A DNA stretch of 64,000 nt from a virus. Its lineage: Duplodnaviria > Caudoviricetes. Below, one piece after another: positions 16,962 through 26,956 of this stretch. Each line of letters begins with the position of its first letter. Positions within the stretch are counted from its first letter, which is position 1. The stretch is from the IMG/VR virus record IMGVR_UViG_3300026549_000032, positions 1-64,000 of that record; one strand, given 5' to 3'. Below the pieces are notes generated by a model. The model was not told the DNA's origin. It was given only the letters and a program-made list of their open reading frames with translations, and ran no database searches. Both the position numbers and the translations under genes were made by a program.

Positions 16962-19900
16962 ATGGCTGCCAAGACAGACGATATTAACAAAAAAGCTGCT
17001 AAGCTTGCTGAGAAACAGACTGAGAAAGGCAAGGAGATGCAGCAATACGAAGAGGTTAGGTCACAACTCCAGACTATTATGTCAGAGCAACAGAATAATC
17101 TTGCCTTGGAAAAACAAGACATGGGTAATCAAGCTCAACTGACCGAAACCTTAAGCCAGGCTGGTGCTATGGCGGCTGCAGGAGGTGTAGGGGGAGGTAT
17201 AGCTGCCCAACCACAGGTAGTGGGACCTTCTACGACTGAAACTCTGCAAAAGTTTGGTATGAAACCTGGGACAACCGTGACCCATGGACATAACGTACAA
17301 ATCCAGCCAAATAAAATCACGGTAAATAATACATACAATAATACTACCACAAATAATATAAGCAATGGGGCAGGTCCCCTACAGGGGAGACCAGTTCAAA
17401 TAGCTGCCGCTACAAATACGGAGGCTCAGAGTCAGGCTAGGTTTAAGACTTGGCTCAGTAATCTGTTTGCCCAGCAGAAAGAAGCAAACCAGAAAAGGTC
17501 GAAGGAGTATGAGAAACGTGAATGGTCATTAACCAGGAGCGCTAATAAGATGCTCCGGAAGATGGAGGCCACGGGAAAGAATGTAATGGATGCATTCAAT
17601 CCTCAAAGGTTTGGTCAGACTGTGGGGAGTCAGTTGAAAGTACTGATGACTCTATTTGCAATTAAGTTCCTTGCCAAAAACTGGGATAAAATAATCAAGA
17701 TAGCTGGTAACATAGTTAAGTTTGTTAAGGATGGTATTAGCTATTTTGGAATTGGACAGGAGGGTAAACGCCTTGTTGCAGATGGTGGTGGTTTTCGTGG
17801 AGACCTTATTCGATTCTTGGGAGGTAATCCTAGAGATCCTAAGACAACTCTCTTAGGTGTCCTAAAAGACATCTTCAAGGAATTTGGAGATCACATGAGA
17901 CTGTACTTCGAAAAGCAGATGGCTCTTCGTGGTATGGCTATGAAATCCATAAAGTTTCCAGATTTAAAATTTGACGGAAATTCATTTGGATCAGATTTCC
18001 TTGGAAGAATGCTTTCTGGCTTAGGGAGTGTTTTCACGAAGGCATTCTCTGGGGTAACTACTTATCTCGGTGATATCCTGACTGCACTTGTTGATCCTAA
18101 GGCGGGAGTCGGCAAGGGTGTTGATAGGGCTGTTGAGACTCAGGCAAACCAGAGCAGTGATATGGCTCGTCGACGTGAGAAGCTAAACATGTTTGATTCT
18201 GTTGGGGATAATACCATGCGTGGTGAATATGCCCTTGAGCAGAAAAAATATGCACTCCTCAATAATGCGCTTGATGAAAGTGGAAAATTAACTGGTTCTG
18301 CTGGTAGTACTATTTCTCAGGGTCGTGATATCTTAGGTTCATATCAAGATGCTAAGAATTATGGAGCCATTGACGTAAGCCGTGTTTATACCGGTCTCCA
18401 AAGACTTCAGGAAGCTGCAAATAAGCAGGGGTACGTTTATCTCGACGAAGAGTTCGTGAGAAAGATGTTCCCTCGTGGCGCAACTAGTGGTCTTGAGAGA
18501 GTACCAATGAAGTACGTCAGAGTAGAGAATGACGGAAACTTGAATGCTCTCCAGCACCAGTATATGATGAACGACACTGGTTGGGGTACAGCTGCTGATG
18601 CTATTGGCTACGGTGTTGGTGCCGCTGAGTTGGTTGGAACTACTATAGGTACTGGCGGTGTTGGTCTTTTCAGTAAGGGTGCTCAAGTAGCGAAAGCTGT
18701 TAAGGCTGGTCAGGCTGGATATGGTGCTAGCCGTATGGCTGCTGGTGTAGTCAAGAACGGTTTTTCTTGGAAGAATGCTGCAAAGGGTGTAGCTAAAGGT
18801 TGGCTAGGAAAAGCTATAGGTACCGGCATTGCTGAACTTGGCGCAGGATTTGCTGAGGATGATAACCATCTCGAACTTGTTCCTGCTTCTGATCCCCGTC
18901 CAGCTGCTACAGTTAATGGCAAGCCGACTAGAGAAGTCTACTACTATAGAGTTAAGCCAGAGGCTGTTGAACAGTTAGTTAAGCAATTTGATCCTGAAGG
19001 AAAAGGCAATCGTGAAATTATTCTCGGTAACATTCAGAATCACATAGTTAGTAGAGCTGGTGGTAAGACTGCAGTTAATAGAGCTTGGAATTTACGAGGC
19101 AAAGATTCGGGTTATTGGCAGAATCAAAATGTAACTGACGTTGAAAGTCAATTATCTGAATACCGTCGCCTTGACAATATAGAAAGATCCTATGATGATA
19201 GGTTAAATAATGATGCATGGTCTAGAAGAAAGGTTGTAATTGAAAATAATGCTCTTGGTGCTATTAATGGAGTAGTGAATTTTGCCGGTGATCTTATGTC
19301 AGGGGTTGGTCAAGCTCTTGGTATAACTGGAAGTACTAAAAAAATCACAAAAGCTGAGTCTAAGAAAAATGCCGTTTATATAATGAATGACCTTGTTAAG
19401 AGAGGTCTTCAACCACATCAGGCTGCCGGTATTGTAGGTAATTTGATGGCTGAATCCGGACTTAATCCAAGCAGTAACGCTATAGATACTAATGGTTTGA
19501 GGGCCGGCGGCTTAGCTGCATGGAATGGTCCCCTCTGGGAAAAGCTTCATGCTTTTGCTAAACAACAGGGACGTCCATGGAACGACATGAATCTTCAGCT
19601 TGATTATCTTTGGTCACTCTTAAACAATCCCCCCAAGGGGATGGAAAAGCAGATGGCTAATGTACGAGATCGTCTAAGCAAGGCCAAAACTCCTTATGAT
19701 GCATCTGATGCGTGGGCATATTATGAGCGATATGCTGGTTATAATTATGACCCAAGAACTGCTAGACAGGCTCGTTGGAGTCCAGCCAGAATTCAACAGG
19801 AACATGATAATCGTGGAGCAAATGCAAACGGTGTCATGGCTGTTTGGACTGAGGCCAGTGGACAAGAAGGCGGTATTAGTAAATATTTAGGTTCCTCATT

Positions 19901-22838
19901 CCCAAAGAGTGGTTTTGCAGGTCAGGTTGGCCAAACTGCACCTAACTTTACTAGAGGTTCTGTCGTTCCTGAAGTAACTAGTGAGTTTTCTTATACGTAT
20001 ACTCCGGCTACTAATCCTATTTCAGTTCAGAGTATATTATCTACAAGTAGGAATGTTTCTGCTACTGGTAGTGTGGTTGTTGGACAGGAGCCTGGTGTTC
20101 CTGGAGATATAGAGACTAGATATACTGGTAAAGGTGAAGCATTTGATGTTCCTAAGGGGTTTGTTGCCTTAGTTGGTGATTCGTATGCTGTCGGTATAGC
20201 TCCTCATTTTATCAGAGAATTGAAGGCGAAAGGTGCTAAAGGTAAAGCCACCAGTTGGACAGGAAAGAATGACAAGAGGCTTTGTTACTGTGTATCAGGG
20301 GCTACTATTCAAGCTATTACTGGACAAGTGCAAAATGCAATGGGTGATGATGCAGCGGTTATTGTTATTCATGCTGGTCTTAATAATGCCTCGCAAGATG
20401 AACAGGTTATTACTAATCTTCTTTTAGATTGTGGTAAAGTAGCTGCAACTGGTGGAGCTAAAGTTTTCTTCATTGCACCAATTACAAATCAACCTGGTAA
20501 GTTTAATACTAAGGGTGCTGCTAGCAAGGTAGCTAGGGCCGTTCGCTCTGCCTGTGCTGCTGGTGGATTTGGTCTTATTGACCTAGAGCCTAGTAGTCCT
20601 AGATATGTTACTTTCGATAAAGAAGGTATACATCCTACTGGAGATGGGTATTCAAGACTTGCTAAAGATATAGTAGAGCTTCTTTGGAGAGGTGGTGGTC
20701 GTGTAACTGCTGTTGCTGCAACACAAACCGAGACTCCTGAAACCCAAGGTTTAGTAGATAATGGTAGCTTCTTTGTACCAAACAGCGAATATAGTCCACA
20801 AGGTGGATTTGGTGATGCCTGGCAGACAGGAGCGGATGCTCTTTCTAATGCCAAACTGGTAGATACTCAGAGTCCAGAAGAAATAACTAAGAAGCTTCGT
20901 ACAATGAAAGAAAACGAGCAGATAGTTAAGTGGTATCAAGCTAAAGGATTTAAAGAAACTTGGGGTGAGAACTATGAAGACTTTAAACAGAATTTCGGTT
21001 CTCTTGATTCGAATGAGAAAAACACTTTCATAACTGCTAGAAATTTATGGTACTCTAAGTGGCCAAAAGATTTCAGAGAGAGATTTGTTCAGCAAAAGAC
21101 ATTTGAAGATTTTTATAAAATGTTTGCTGGGATGTCTAATGAAATGCAGAAGTCATTCGTAGAGGAAATGCAAAATAAGCTTACCTACTTTAGAGCAACA
21201 AACTTAGAAGCTCTTGAGAAAAAATATGGATCGGAGAAATTTGATAAATATTTTGGATATACTAGAGACTACTTTGGAAGAATAGATAGAACAGCAACTC
21301 AAAAACGCTTAGAAGGTTTTGGTTCTGCAGAAAGAGATACTTCTATGGCTGGTTATTCTAGAAATGAAAATAGAAAATATCAGCAAGCTATACAAACGTA
21401 TGGACAAGAGGTTGTTGATCTTCTGGAGAAGAAAGAACAGCTTGAAGCTAAACTAGGTAAAGCTAGCGGAAAGGAAAAAGAAGATCTCACTAGACAGATT
21501 AATTCTGTCGTTAGTAAACTTAATGATAGGCAATCTAATGCTGAATCTATTATTGGATCTTCTCGTATAGATAAAGGAGTTATCTCTGCATCTAAGTATG
21601 GTCAAGCAAAAACAGAGAATGATACGACTGAAGCTCTTTTGAGTAAGCAGCTGGAGATAAATAAACGTGGTGCTAACAGGATTTCTGCGATAGACTCGAA
21701 AATGAAAACTGAGCTGTTTAATGCTCGTGCCTTAGGAAGTTCTGAATCTGAATTAGATAAAATCCGAGAAAAATATTCCAAGCTTAGGAAAAAAGCTGAG
21801 GATGATTTAGCAAAAGAGCTAGAAGCATTTAACAAGACTATGAATAAGAGACTTGATAGAATGTCTTCTGGTGTAGCTCTCACTACATTGATTAATTCTG
21901 TCTCATTAGCTATTGCTAGAGGAGAGAAAAAGAAAGCTAGGGAATTAATTGATGAATATTGTAAAAATCATAAAGTCAATAAACGTGATCTTATAGCCAG
22001 AATAGGTATGAGTAATGACAGTATTTATGATGCGCTTGGTGAGAAGAAAGAAGATTTTGCTAAGGAGGTAAAGAAGATAAAGAACAACTTTAAGACCTTC
22101 GGAAACGATGGGCTAGAGTCTAAAGCTGGGTATAAATATAAAGTGGCTGGCCAGGATTCTGACGTAGGTGACCAAATTAGAAGTTTCTTAAAGAACATAT
22201 TCGATTTTAATCCTAAGGATGGATATGGAAACGTATATGTTGCAGAGAATGGTATGGAACGTCTTGTTTGGAATCATGCAGATGGCAAACAAAATGTCAT
22301 AGGTGTTAGAAATCCGGGTAGTAAAAAATGGGTAATAACTTCTCCTTGGTTTAACAAAAGAGCAAAAGAGGTTGCTGAAAAGAGAGGAGATAAACCACCA
22401 GTTAATAAATCTGGACAAGTGCTTGTAGAATCTAAGTTTGCTGAGGGTGGATGGACAGGAGAAGGTCCTGTTAATCAAGAAGCTTTCAGTGAGAAAGAGA
22501 CTAGTTTTGAAAAGGTTTTCCATAGTGGTGAGTACGTTGTTCCTAAATTTATGGCCCATGATCCTAAGTGGAGACCTGTCATAGACTCTATGGAAGATGA
22601 ACGTAGGCATGAATTAGGTTCTAATAAAATGGGAAGTAGTCGTGTTAAAGAGCCCACTGATTATACTACTGTTATGCTTGCTGAACAGCGTAGAACTAAT
22701 GACCTTCTCGAACTTTCTATTAAGACCGATGCACAGGCTTATGGAGACATAGTTAATGCGACATTGACTGGTGCTATTTCACGTAAACCACAACCTAGTG
22801 GCACATTACCGCGACGTCAATTCTCATATCAATCATGA
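16962..22838 (+). CDS. Tape measure protein with phage tail lysozyme and SGNH hydrolase domains
   Basis: 1958 aa, largely helical. Lysozyme motif 'QAAGIVGNLMAESGLNP...GLAAWN...QLDYL' (~19400-19750), SGNH motif 'VGDSY...VSGAT...AGLNN...EGIHP' (~20160-20690), and C-terminal 'FAEGGWTG...HSGEYVVP'. Confidence 0.85.
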   Translation: MAAKTDDINKKAAKLAEKQTEKGKEMQQYEEVRSQLQTIMSEQQNNLALEKQDMGNQAQLTETLSQAGAMAAAGGVGGGIAAQPQVVGPSTTETLQKFGMKPGTTVTHGHNVQIQPNKITVNNTYNNTTTNNISNGAGPLQGRPVQIAAATNTEAQSQARFKTWLSNLFAQQKEANQKRSKEYEKREWSLTRSANKMLRKMEATGKNVMDAFNPQRFGQTVGSQLKVLMTLFAIKFLAKNWDKIIKIAGNIVKFVKDGISYFGIGQEGKRLVADGGGFRGDLIRFLGGNPRDPKTTLLGVLKDIFKEFGDHMRLYFEKQMALRGMAMKSIKFPDLKFDGNSFGSDFLGRMLSGLGSVFTKAFSGVTTYLGDILTALVDPKAGVGKGVDRAVETQANQSSDMARRREKLNMFDSVGDNTMRGEYALEQKKYALLNNALDESGKLTGSAGSTISQGRDILGSYQDAKNYGAIDVSRVYTGLQRLQEAANKQGYVYLDEEFVRKMFPRGATSGLERVPMKYVRVENDGNLNALQHQYMMNDTGWGTAADAIGYGVGAAELVGTTIGTGGVGLFSKGAQVAKAVKAGQAGYGASRMAAGVVKNGFSWKNAAKGVAKGWLGKAIGTGIAELGAGFAEDDNHLELVPASDPRPAATVNGKPTREVYYYRVKPEAVEQLVKQFDPEGKGNREIILGNIQNHIVSRAGGKTAVNRAWNLRGKDSGYWQNQNVTDVESQLSEYRRLDNIERSYDDRLNNDAWSRRKVVIENNALGAINGVVNFAGDLMSGVGQALGITGSTKKITKAESKKNAVYIMNDLVKRGLQPHQAAGIVGNLMAESGLNPSSNAIDTNGLRAGGLAAWNGPLWEKLHAFAKQQGRPWNDMNLQLDYLWSLLNNPPKGMEKQMANVRDRLSKAKTPYDASDAWAYYERYAGYNYDPRTARQARWSPARIQQEHDNRGANANGVMAVWTEASGQEGGISKYLGSSFPKSGFAGQVGQTAPNFTRGSVVPEVTSEFSYTYTPATNPISVQSILSTSRNVSATGSVVVGQEPGVPGDIETRYTGKGEAFDVPKGFVALVGDSYAVGIAPHFIRELKAKGAKGKATSWTGKNDKRLCYCVSGATIQAITGQVQNAMGDDAAVIVIHAGLNNASQDEQVITNLLLDCGKVAATGGAKVFFIAPITNQPGKFNTKGAASKVARAVRSACAAGGFGLIDLEPSSPRYVTFDKEGIHPTGDGYSRLAKDIVELLWRGGGRVTAVAATQTETPETQGLVDNGSFFVPNSEYSPQGGFGDAWQTGADALSNAKLVDTQSPEEITKKLRTMKENEQIVKWYQAKGFKETWGENYEDFKQNFGSLDSNEKNTFITARNLWYSKWPKDFRERFVQQKTFEDFYKMFAGMSNEMQKSFVEEMQNKLTYFRATNLEALEKKYGSEKFDKYFGYTRDYFGRIDRTATQKRLEGFGSAERDTSMAGYSRNENRKYQQAIQTYGQEVVDLLEKKEQLEAKLGKASGKEKEDLTRQINSVVSKLNDRQSNAESIIGSSRIDKGVISASKYGQAKTENDTTEALLSKQLEINKRGANRISAIDSKMKTELFNARALGSSESELDKIREKYSKLRKKAEDDLAKELEAFNKTMNKRLDRMSSGVALTTLINSVSLAIARGEKKKARELIDEYCKNHKVNKRDLIARIGMSNDSIYDALGEKKEDFAKEVKKIKNNFKTFGNDGLESKAGYKYKVAGQDSDVGDQIRSFLKNIFDFNPKDGYGNVYVAENGMERLVWNHADGKQNVIGVRNPGSKKWVITSPWFNKRAKEVAEKRGDKPPVNKSGQVLVESKFAEGGWTGEGPVNQEAFSEKETSFEKVFHSGEYVVPKFMAHDPKWRPVIDSMEDERRHELGSNKMGSSRVKEPTDYTTVMLAEQRRTNDLLELSIKTDAQAYGDIVNATLTGAISRKPQPSGTLPRRQFSYQS

Positions 22839-23917
22839 TTAGTAAGACAATAAATATATCAGATAAGACTAAGGCATTTTATTATGACGAGCAATTGACT
22901 AATAAGATGACCTTAGTCTCCCTTCACGCTAGTACTGAGCCTGGACCCCCACCCAAGTATAGTAAGGCTTGGTCTGGTAAAAAACTAGATGATGATGGAT
23001 TTTATGGTGAGGATCCAATCTGTAAATCAGTAATTGCAGAAGATTTTACAGTATCTATCAACAATACTTTTTCTGAATTTGGTGGCGATGCAATAGGCCA
23101 GGCGTGGACTAGTTTTGTACAACCTCTTGCTCCATATGTTGGAGAGGTAGGAAAAGACATAGACAAGATTGCTCAAAAAGCTGCTGGTCTTGCAAATGAT
23201 CTTGCGGCTAAATCCGAATTCGAGTTTGTGAAAAAAGGTGCTGAAGGTATTCAAGCTTTGTCCAAGTATATTAAGGGAGAAAATTCTAAAGATGGTCTAA
23301 CAGCCTCGGAAAGACTTCAGTCTATTATGTCACGTAAACTTATAGTTCAAGGAACTATGTTTTCGTACTATGGTGGCACTGGAATCGATTTTGGAAATCT
23401 ATCCATGAAGTTTAATGTATTCTCTGGATATGATGAGAATGGATCTTACAAGACCGTAAAAGAGCAGGTAGATAAGTTTATGTGGTATGTTATGGGCGAT
23501 TTCAAGCCTGTTACTGAAATAGGTGACGTTGGTAAACAGTTTGCAAACTGGCAGATAGCCCCTGGTGGTTATATGTCCGAAATCCGAGACATTGACCAAT
23601 GTCAGTGGGGTACTCTTAAACTACTAGTAGGTCCATATTTTGCAGTAGAGGGTCTTGTAATTAAAGGTGCCCAACTTCAATATTCAAAGGCTCTTGCTAA
23701 AAATCCAAATGTAGGAGATACCACGCAGTTAGAGCCCCTTTGTTGTGAAGTTACTTTACTCCTAGCTCCTGCTTCTAAATCTTCGGCGGACCGTCTTAAG
23801 AGGTTTGCATACGGTAATGCTTCGTTGCAGTATCGTCAGAAATTTGAGAAGGAAGTGGCTGGAAGCTTGTCTGCTCTTAAAGGTATTAATAATGGTTTAG
23901 GTATAGATAAAATGTAA
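22835..23917 (+). CDS. Putative baseplate tail-tube cap/initiator (gp48-like)
   Basis: Follows the tape measure gene. Tube-fold-like C-terminus 'YYGGTGIDFGNLSMKF...LKLLVGPYFAVEGLVIKGAQLQYS...PLCCEVTLLL'. Confidence 0.5.
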   Translation: MISKTINISDKTKAFYYDEQLTNKMTLVSLHASTEPGPPPKYSKAWSGKKLDDDGFYGEDPICKSVIAEDFTVSINNTFSEFGGDAIGQAWTSFVQPLAPYVGEVGKDIDKIAQKAAGLANDLAAKSEFEFVKKGAEGIQALSKYIKGENSKDGLTASERLQSIMSRKLIVQGTMFSYYGGTGIDFGNLSMKFNVFSGYDENGSYKTVKEQVDKFMWYVMGDFKPVTEIGDVGKQFANWQIAPGGYMSEIRDIDQCQWGTLKLLVGPYFAVEGLVIKGAQLQYSKALAKNPNVGDTTQLEPLCCEVTLLLAPASKSSADRLKRFAYGNASLQYRQKFEKEVAGSLSALKGINNGLGIDKM

Positions 23918-23921
23918 AGAG

Positions 23922-24239
23922 ATGTATAAGAAAAAGAAAAATATAAGTACATATTCTTTGGAACTAGGAAATTACATAGAGGGATTTGACCTGTATAATG
24001 CACAGATCATGGATATGCTCCGTGACAAATATAAAGAGAGAGTTCCCTATGAAATTAGAACCTATGAATATAGGCCAGATCTAATTGCCAAAGATATATA
24101 TGGTTCTGAAAATTATACTGGATTATTCCTGCTAACTTGTGGGGTTGGTTTATCTGGCCTCAAGAAAGGAACTGTTTTATCTATCCTACCAAAAGATGTA
24201 GTAGATAATATAATAGCAGAAATTCAAAGATATGGCTAG
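23922..24239 (+). CDS. Baseplate wedge LysM-like protein (gp53/gpX-like)
   Basis: 'YEIRTYEYRPDLIAKDIYGS...LKKGTVLSIL'. Confidence 0.75.
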   Translation: MYKKKKNISTYSLELGNYIEGFDLYNAQIMDMLRDKYKERVPYEIRTYEYRPDLIAKDIYGSENYTGLFLLTCGVGLSGLKKGTVLSILPKDVVDNIIAEIQRYG

Positions 24240-25365
24240 TATTCAGACAGATGGTATAACACTATCTAATGGAATACATGTCAACTTTCAACCGTGGTTT
24301 GCCAGTGGTTACCGTTTTACCAGTCTTCATATATACGAAGAACTCGGTGGTTATTTAGCGGATGGGCAAATCGACTTGCAGATAGATGGTACAGGTCCTT
24401 CCCTTGATCTTCTACAAAATCAGAAGACTGGGAACCTGTCCATCTCGCAAGTAACGGGTGGATTTTCATATGAAATTCCAGTTTCAGTAACTAATGTTAT
24501 TCATCATAAGAATTTTGTAACTCTAGAGTTTAAATGTATATCCTTACTTGATTTTGCTCAGAAGAACCAAACAGTGATCTGGGAAAAACCAATTAAGGAT
24601 ACTATCAAGGCTCTGTATCCTGGAAAAGTAGATATTAGAGATGGATGTGAACCTGACTTAAACCCAGATCCATCTTTCTACTGGCAAGATCACGAAACTA
24701 ATCATAGTCTCTGTACTAAATTGTGTTTTGCCTATAAGAAGGATAGTATATTCTCCTTTGGTTGGGAAGGTCTCTTAATTAAAGATACTATGGGTAATAA
24801 GAGTAGTTGGGGTAAACCTGATGGTCATATTGAGTTTCGTGGTGACACATCTGAAGCAACTCAGGATAATGATTATGCACGGCCCCATCAACCGTATATC
24901 TATAGACTTCCAATTAATGTATGGGAAGATACTAAGCCAGAGGTAGCTATCAAGGACTACACTAAGTATGAGTCTCCTAATCTTAGGGTTATTAAAAAAT
25001 ATGATAAATACTATTATATGCATAAAGATTATTATCAAATGGATTATAATATGTCGTATAATAGTGATTATTTAAGGTCAACATATTTTCAAGAATTACG
25101 TATAATGAATGATTCTCTTCCGAATTATAAGATAGGAGACGTTCTCTGGTATCAGAGAGAACCTATCATTCAGGAACAATTATCTTGGCCATGGAAGTAT
25201 TATCTAGTTAGATCAAATGAACTTTTTATAGCCACAGATTCATCAGAAGTGTTTGATGAACATGGAGCAAAGTTTGGTTTTGTATCTAGGATTCTCGCTT
25301 TAGAGGAAGACGGTTCTATTGCTTTCGGTAAGGATACTGATCCGATGGAAGAGGTTTCAGCTTAA
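24232..25365 (+). CDS. Putative baseplate hub protein (gp27/gpD-like)
   Basis: Assigned from size and position between the LysM protein and the spike. 'LHIYEELGG' and 'YWQDHETNHSLCTKL' resemble hub proteins. Confidence 0.55.
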   Translation: MASIQTDGITLSNGIHVNFQPWFASGYRFTSLHIYEELGGYLADGQIDLQIDGTGPSLDLLQNQKTGNLSISQVTGGFSYEIPVSVTNVIHHKNFVTLEFKCISLLDFAQKNQTVIWEKPIKDTIKALYPGKVDIRDGCEPDLNPDPSFYWQDHETNHSLCTKLCFAYKKDSIFSFGWEGLLIKDTMGNKSSWGKPDGHIEFRGDTSEATQDNDYARPHQPYIYRLPINVWEDTKPEVAIKDYTKYESPNLRVIKKYDKYYYMHKDYYQMDYNMSYNSDYLRSTYFQELRIMNDSLPNYKIGDVLWYQREPIIQEQLSWPWKYYLVRSNELFIATDSSEVFDEHGAKFGFVSRILALEEDGSIAFGKDTDPMEEVSA

Positions 25366-25371
25366 TAAAGA

Positions 25372-26109
25372 ATGGAAACATATTTTGGAGTAATAGCAAA
25401 AGTTCTCGACCCAGATTTATATACGGTCGAAGTAGATATCCCAGGTGAACAGGAACGTTTAAAAGCATTTCCGTTTCGTGGAGAGGTTGATGAACCTCGT
25501 GTTGGCGATGTTGTTTTTCTAAGGGAGTTTGATCCAATATACCATTCCTATTACTTATACGAAAAGCTTAAGGAAAATGACTTTATTGGTATTCGGGCAA
25601 GGGGTAAGAAGATTTGGATGAAAGAGGATTTTATCCAGATCGGCATTATCCCTCCTGATGCTAATAATAGTGGTGGTGCTAAGAGCTTTCCAGATACAGT
25701 AGCGGGAGAATGGTATGATGATAAAAGCGGAAAAAATCAAACGCCAGAATGTACAAGTTGGATTAGAGTAGATAAGAGTGGTAACATTGATGTTGAGATG
25801 GAGGGTGCTGGAAAAGTTCATATAACGGCGGACCATGAAGTTAATGTTGATGGAAATGTTACTATTAAAGTTGGTGGAAATGCGAAGATAGCAGTAAGTG
25901 GGAACGTTGATGCAAAAATAGACGGTAATCTTGATGCTAAAGTTTCCGGAACCACTGAATTAGATTGTCCAACAGTAACTATTACTGGTGGTATTTTGCA
26001 AACAAGTGGAGGAACATGTGCAGCAGATGGTCAAGGTGGATTTTGTGGTCTTCCAGTATGCTGTTTAACTGGCGCCCATCATGTTGGAACAATGATTTCA
26101 GGTACTTAA
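25372..26109 (+). CDS. Baseplate central spike (gp5/gpV-like)
   Basis: OB-fold 'GVIAKVLD...VEVDIPG...EPRVGDVVF', beta-helix repeats 'VDGNVTIKVGGNAKIAVSGNVDAKIDGN', and a Cys/His tip 'CGLPVCCLTGAHH'. Confidence 0.8.
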   Translation: METYFGVIAKVLDPDLYTVEVDIPGEQERLKAFPFRGEVDEPRVGDVVFLREFDPIYHSYYLYEKLKENDFIGIRARGKKIWMKEDFIQIGIIPPDANNSGGAKSFPDTVAGEWYDDKSGKNQTPECTSWIRVDKSGNIDVEMEGAGKVHITADHEVNVDGNVTIKVGGNAKIAVSGNVDAKIDGNLDAKVSGTTELDCPTVTITGGILQTSGGTCAADGQGGFCGLPVCCLTGAHHVGTMISGT

Positions 26110-26112
26110 ACT

Positions 26113-26616
26113 ATGGCAATGACGGCTAGTGGTATGGTCAATCAAATTATTAGTGAGATTGACCAGTGTAATGATCCAGTTCAAGCTAACAATGGTTTGT
26201 ATAAGGGGATTTGTGATTATGTTGAGGCAAATGCAGAAGTACATTATGCATGGGCCGGTGTTAATCCTAGTGGTTCTCCAGACCCAGTTGTGGATATTAA
26301 AGCTACTTTCAAGACCAGCGGTTCTTTAAGCCCTAGCGGTGCGACAGATTGTCCTTCTGCTTTGGCTGCTCTTAGTGCTACATTAAATGCTAATGCGTCG
26401 CTTTGGACTGTTGTCTGGCCAGCAGGCTTTGCTCTATCACCTGCATTTGATATGCCAGCAATTAATATTACAGCTAGTGGAGCCACCGACAGACAGTCTG
26501 CATTAGAACATATTTGTCAAGAAATAATTGATGGAATTAAAGTAGCAGCAACCCCATCAGCGGCAGGTACTCATGCCGCATACACAGGAACAGCTACATT
26601 TACAAATATATTATGA
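26113..26616 (+). CDS. Hypothetical baseplate-associated protein
   Basis: Ala/Thr-rich 167 aa between the spike and the gp25-like gene; ATGA-coupled to the next gene. Confidence 0.6.
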   Translation: MAMTASGMVNQIISEIDQCNDPVQANNGLYKGICDYVEANAEVHYAWAGVNPSGSPDPVVDIKATFKTSGSLSPSGATDCPSALAALSATLNANASLWTVVWPAGFALSPAFDMPAINITASGATDRQSALEHICQEIIDGIKVAATPSAAGTHAAYTGTATFTNIL

Positions 26617-26954
26617 CGAAATACCTACTTAGTACTGGGAAAAGTACAACCCAGGTTGAGAAATATATCCTCGACCTATTTAAGTTAAATCTGAAGATAT
26701 GGCCTGGTGATATTCCCGGTCTCCCAAAAGTAGGATTTGACTTTATCCTAACTGACACTAAGAAAGATGAGGTTGTCGATGAAGTTAGGTACAGAGTAAG
26801 AACTCTAGTGGACAGACTTAAGGAGAGATTCTCAGATCAAAAAATTGACATTGAAGTATCCTCCATCGACTTGATTGATTCTGAGCGCGTTAGCGTAGTT
26901 ATCAACGTAGGAGACTATTCTGACGAAGCTACAGTCAACTTATATAACGATTAA
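26613..26954 (+). CDS. Baseplate wedge/sheath initiator (gp25-like)
   Basis: 113 aa with 'PGDIPGLPKVGFD' and 'IEVSSIDL...VSVVINV', located before the gp6-like gene. Confidence 0.65.
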   Translation: MTKYLLSTGKSTTQVEKYILDLFKLNLKIWPGDIPGLPKVGFDFILTDTKKDEVVDEVRYRVRTLVDRLKERFSDQKIDIEVSSIDLIDSERVSVVINVGDYSDEATVNLYND

Positions 26955-26956
26955 AC

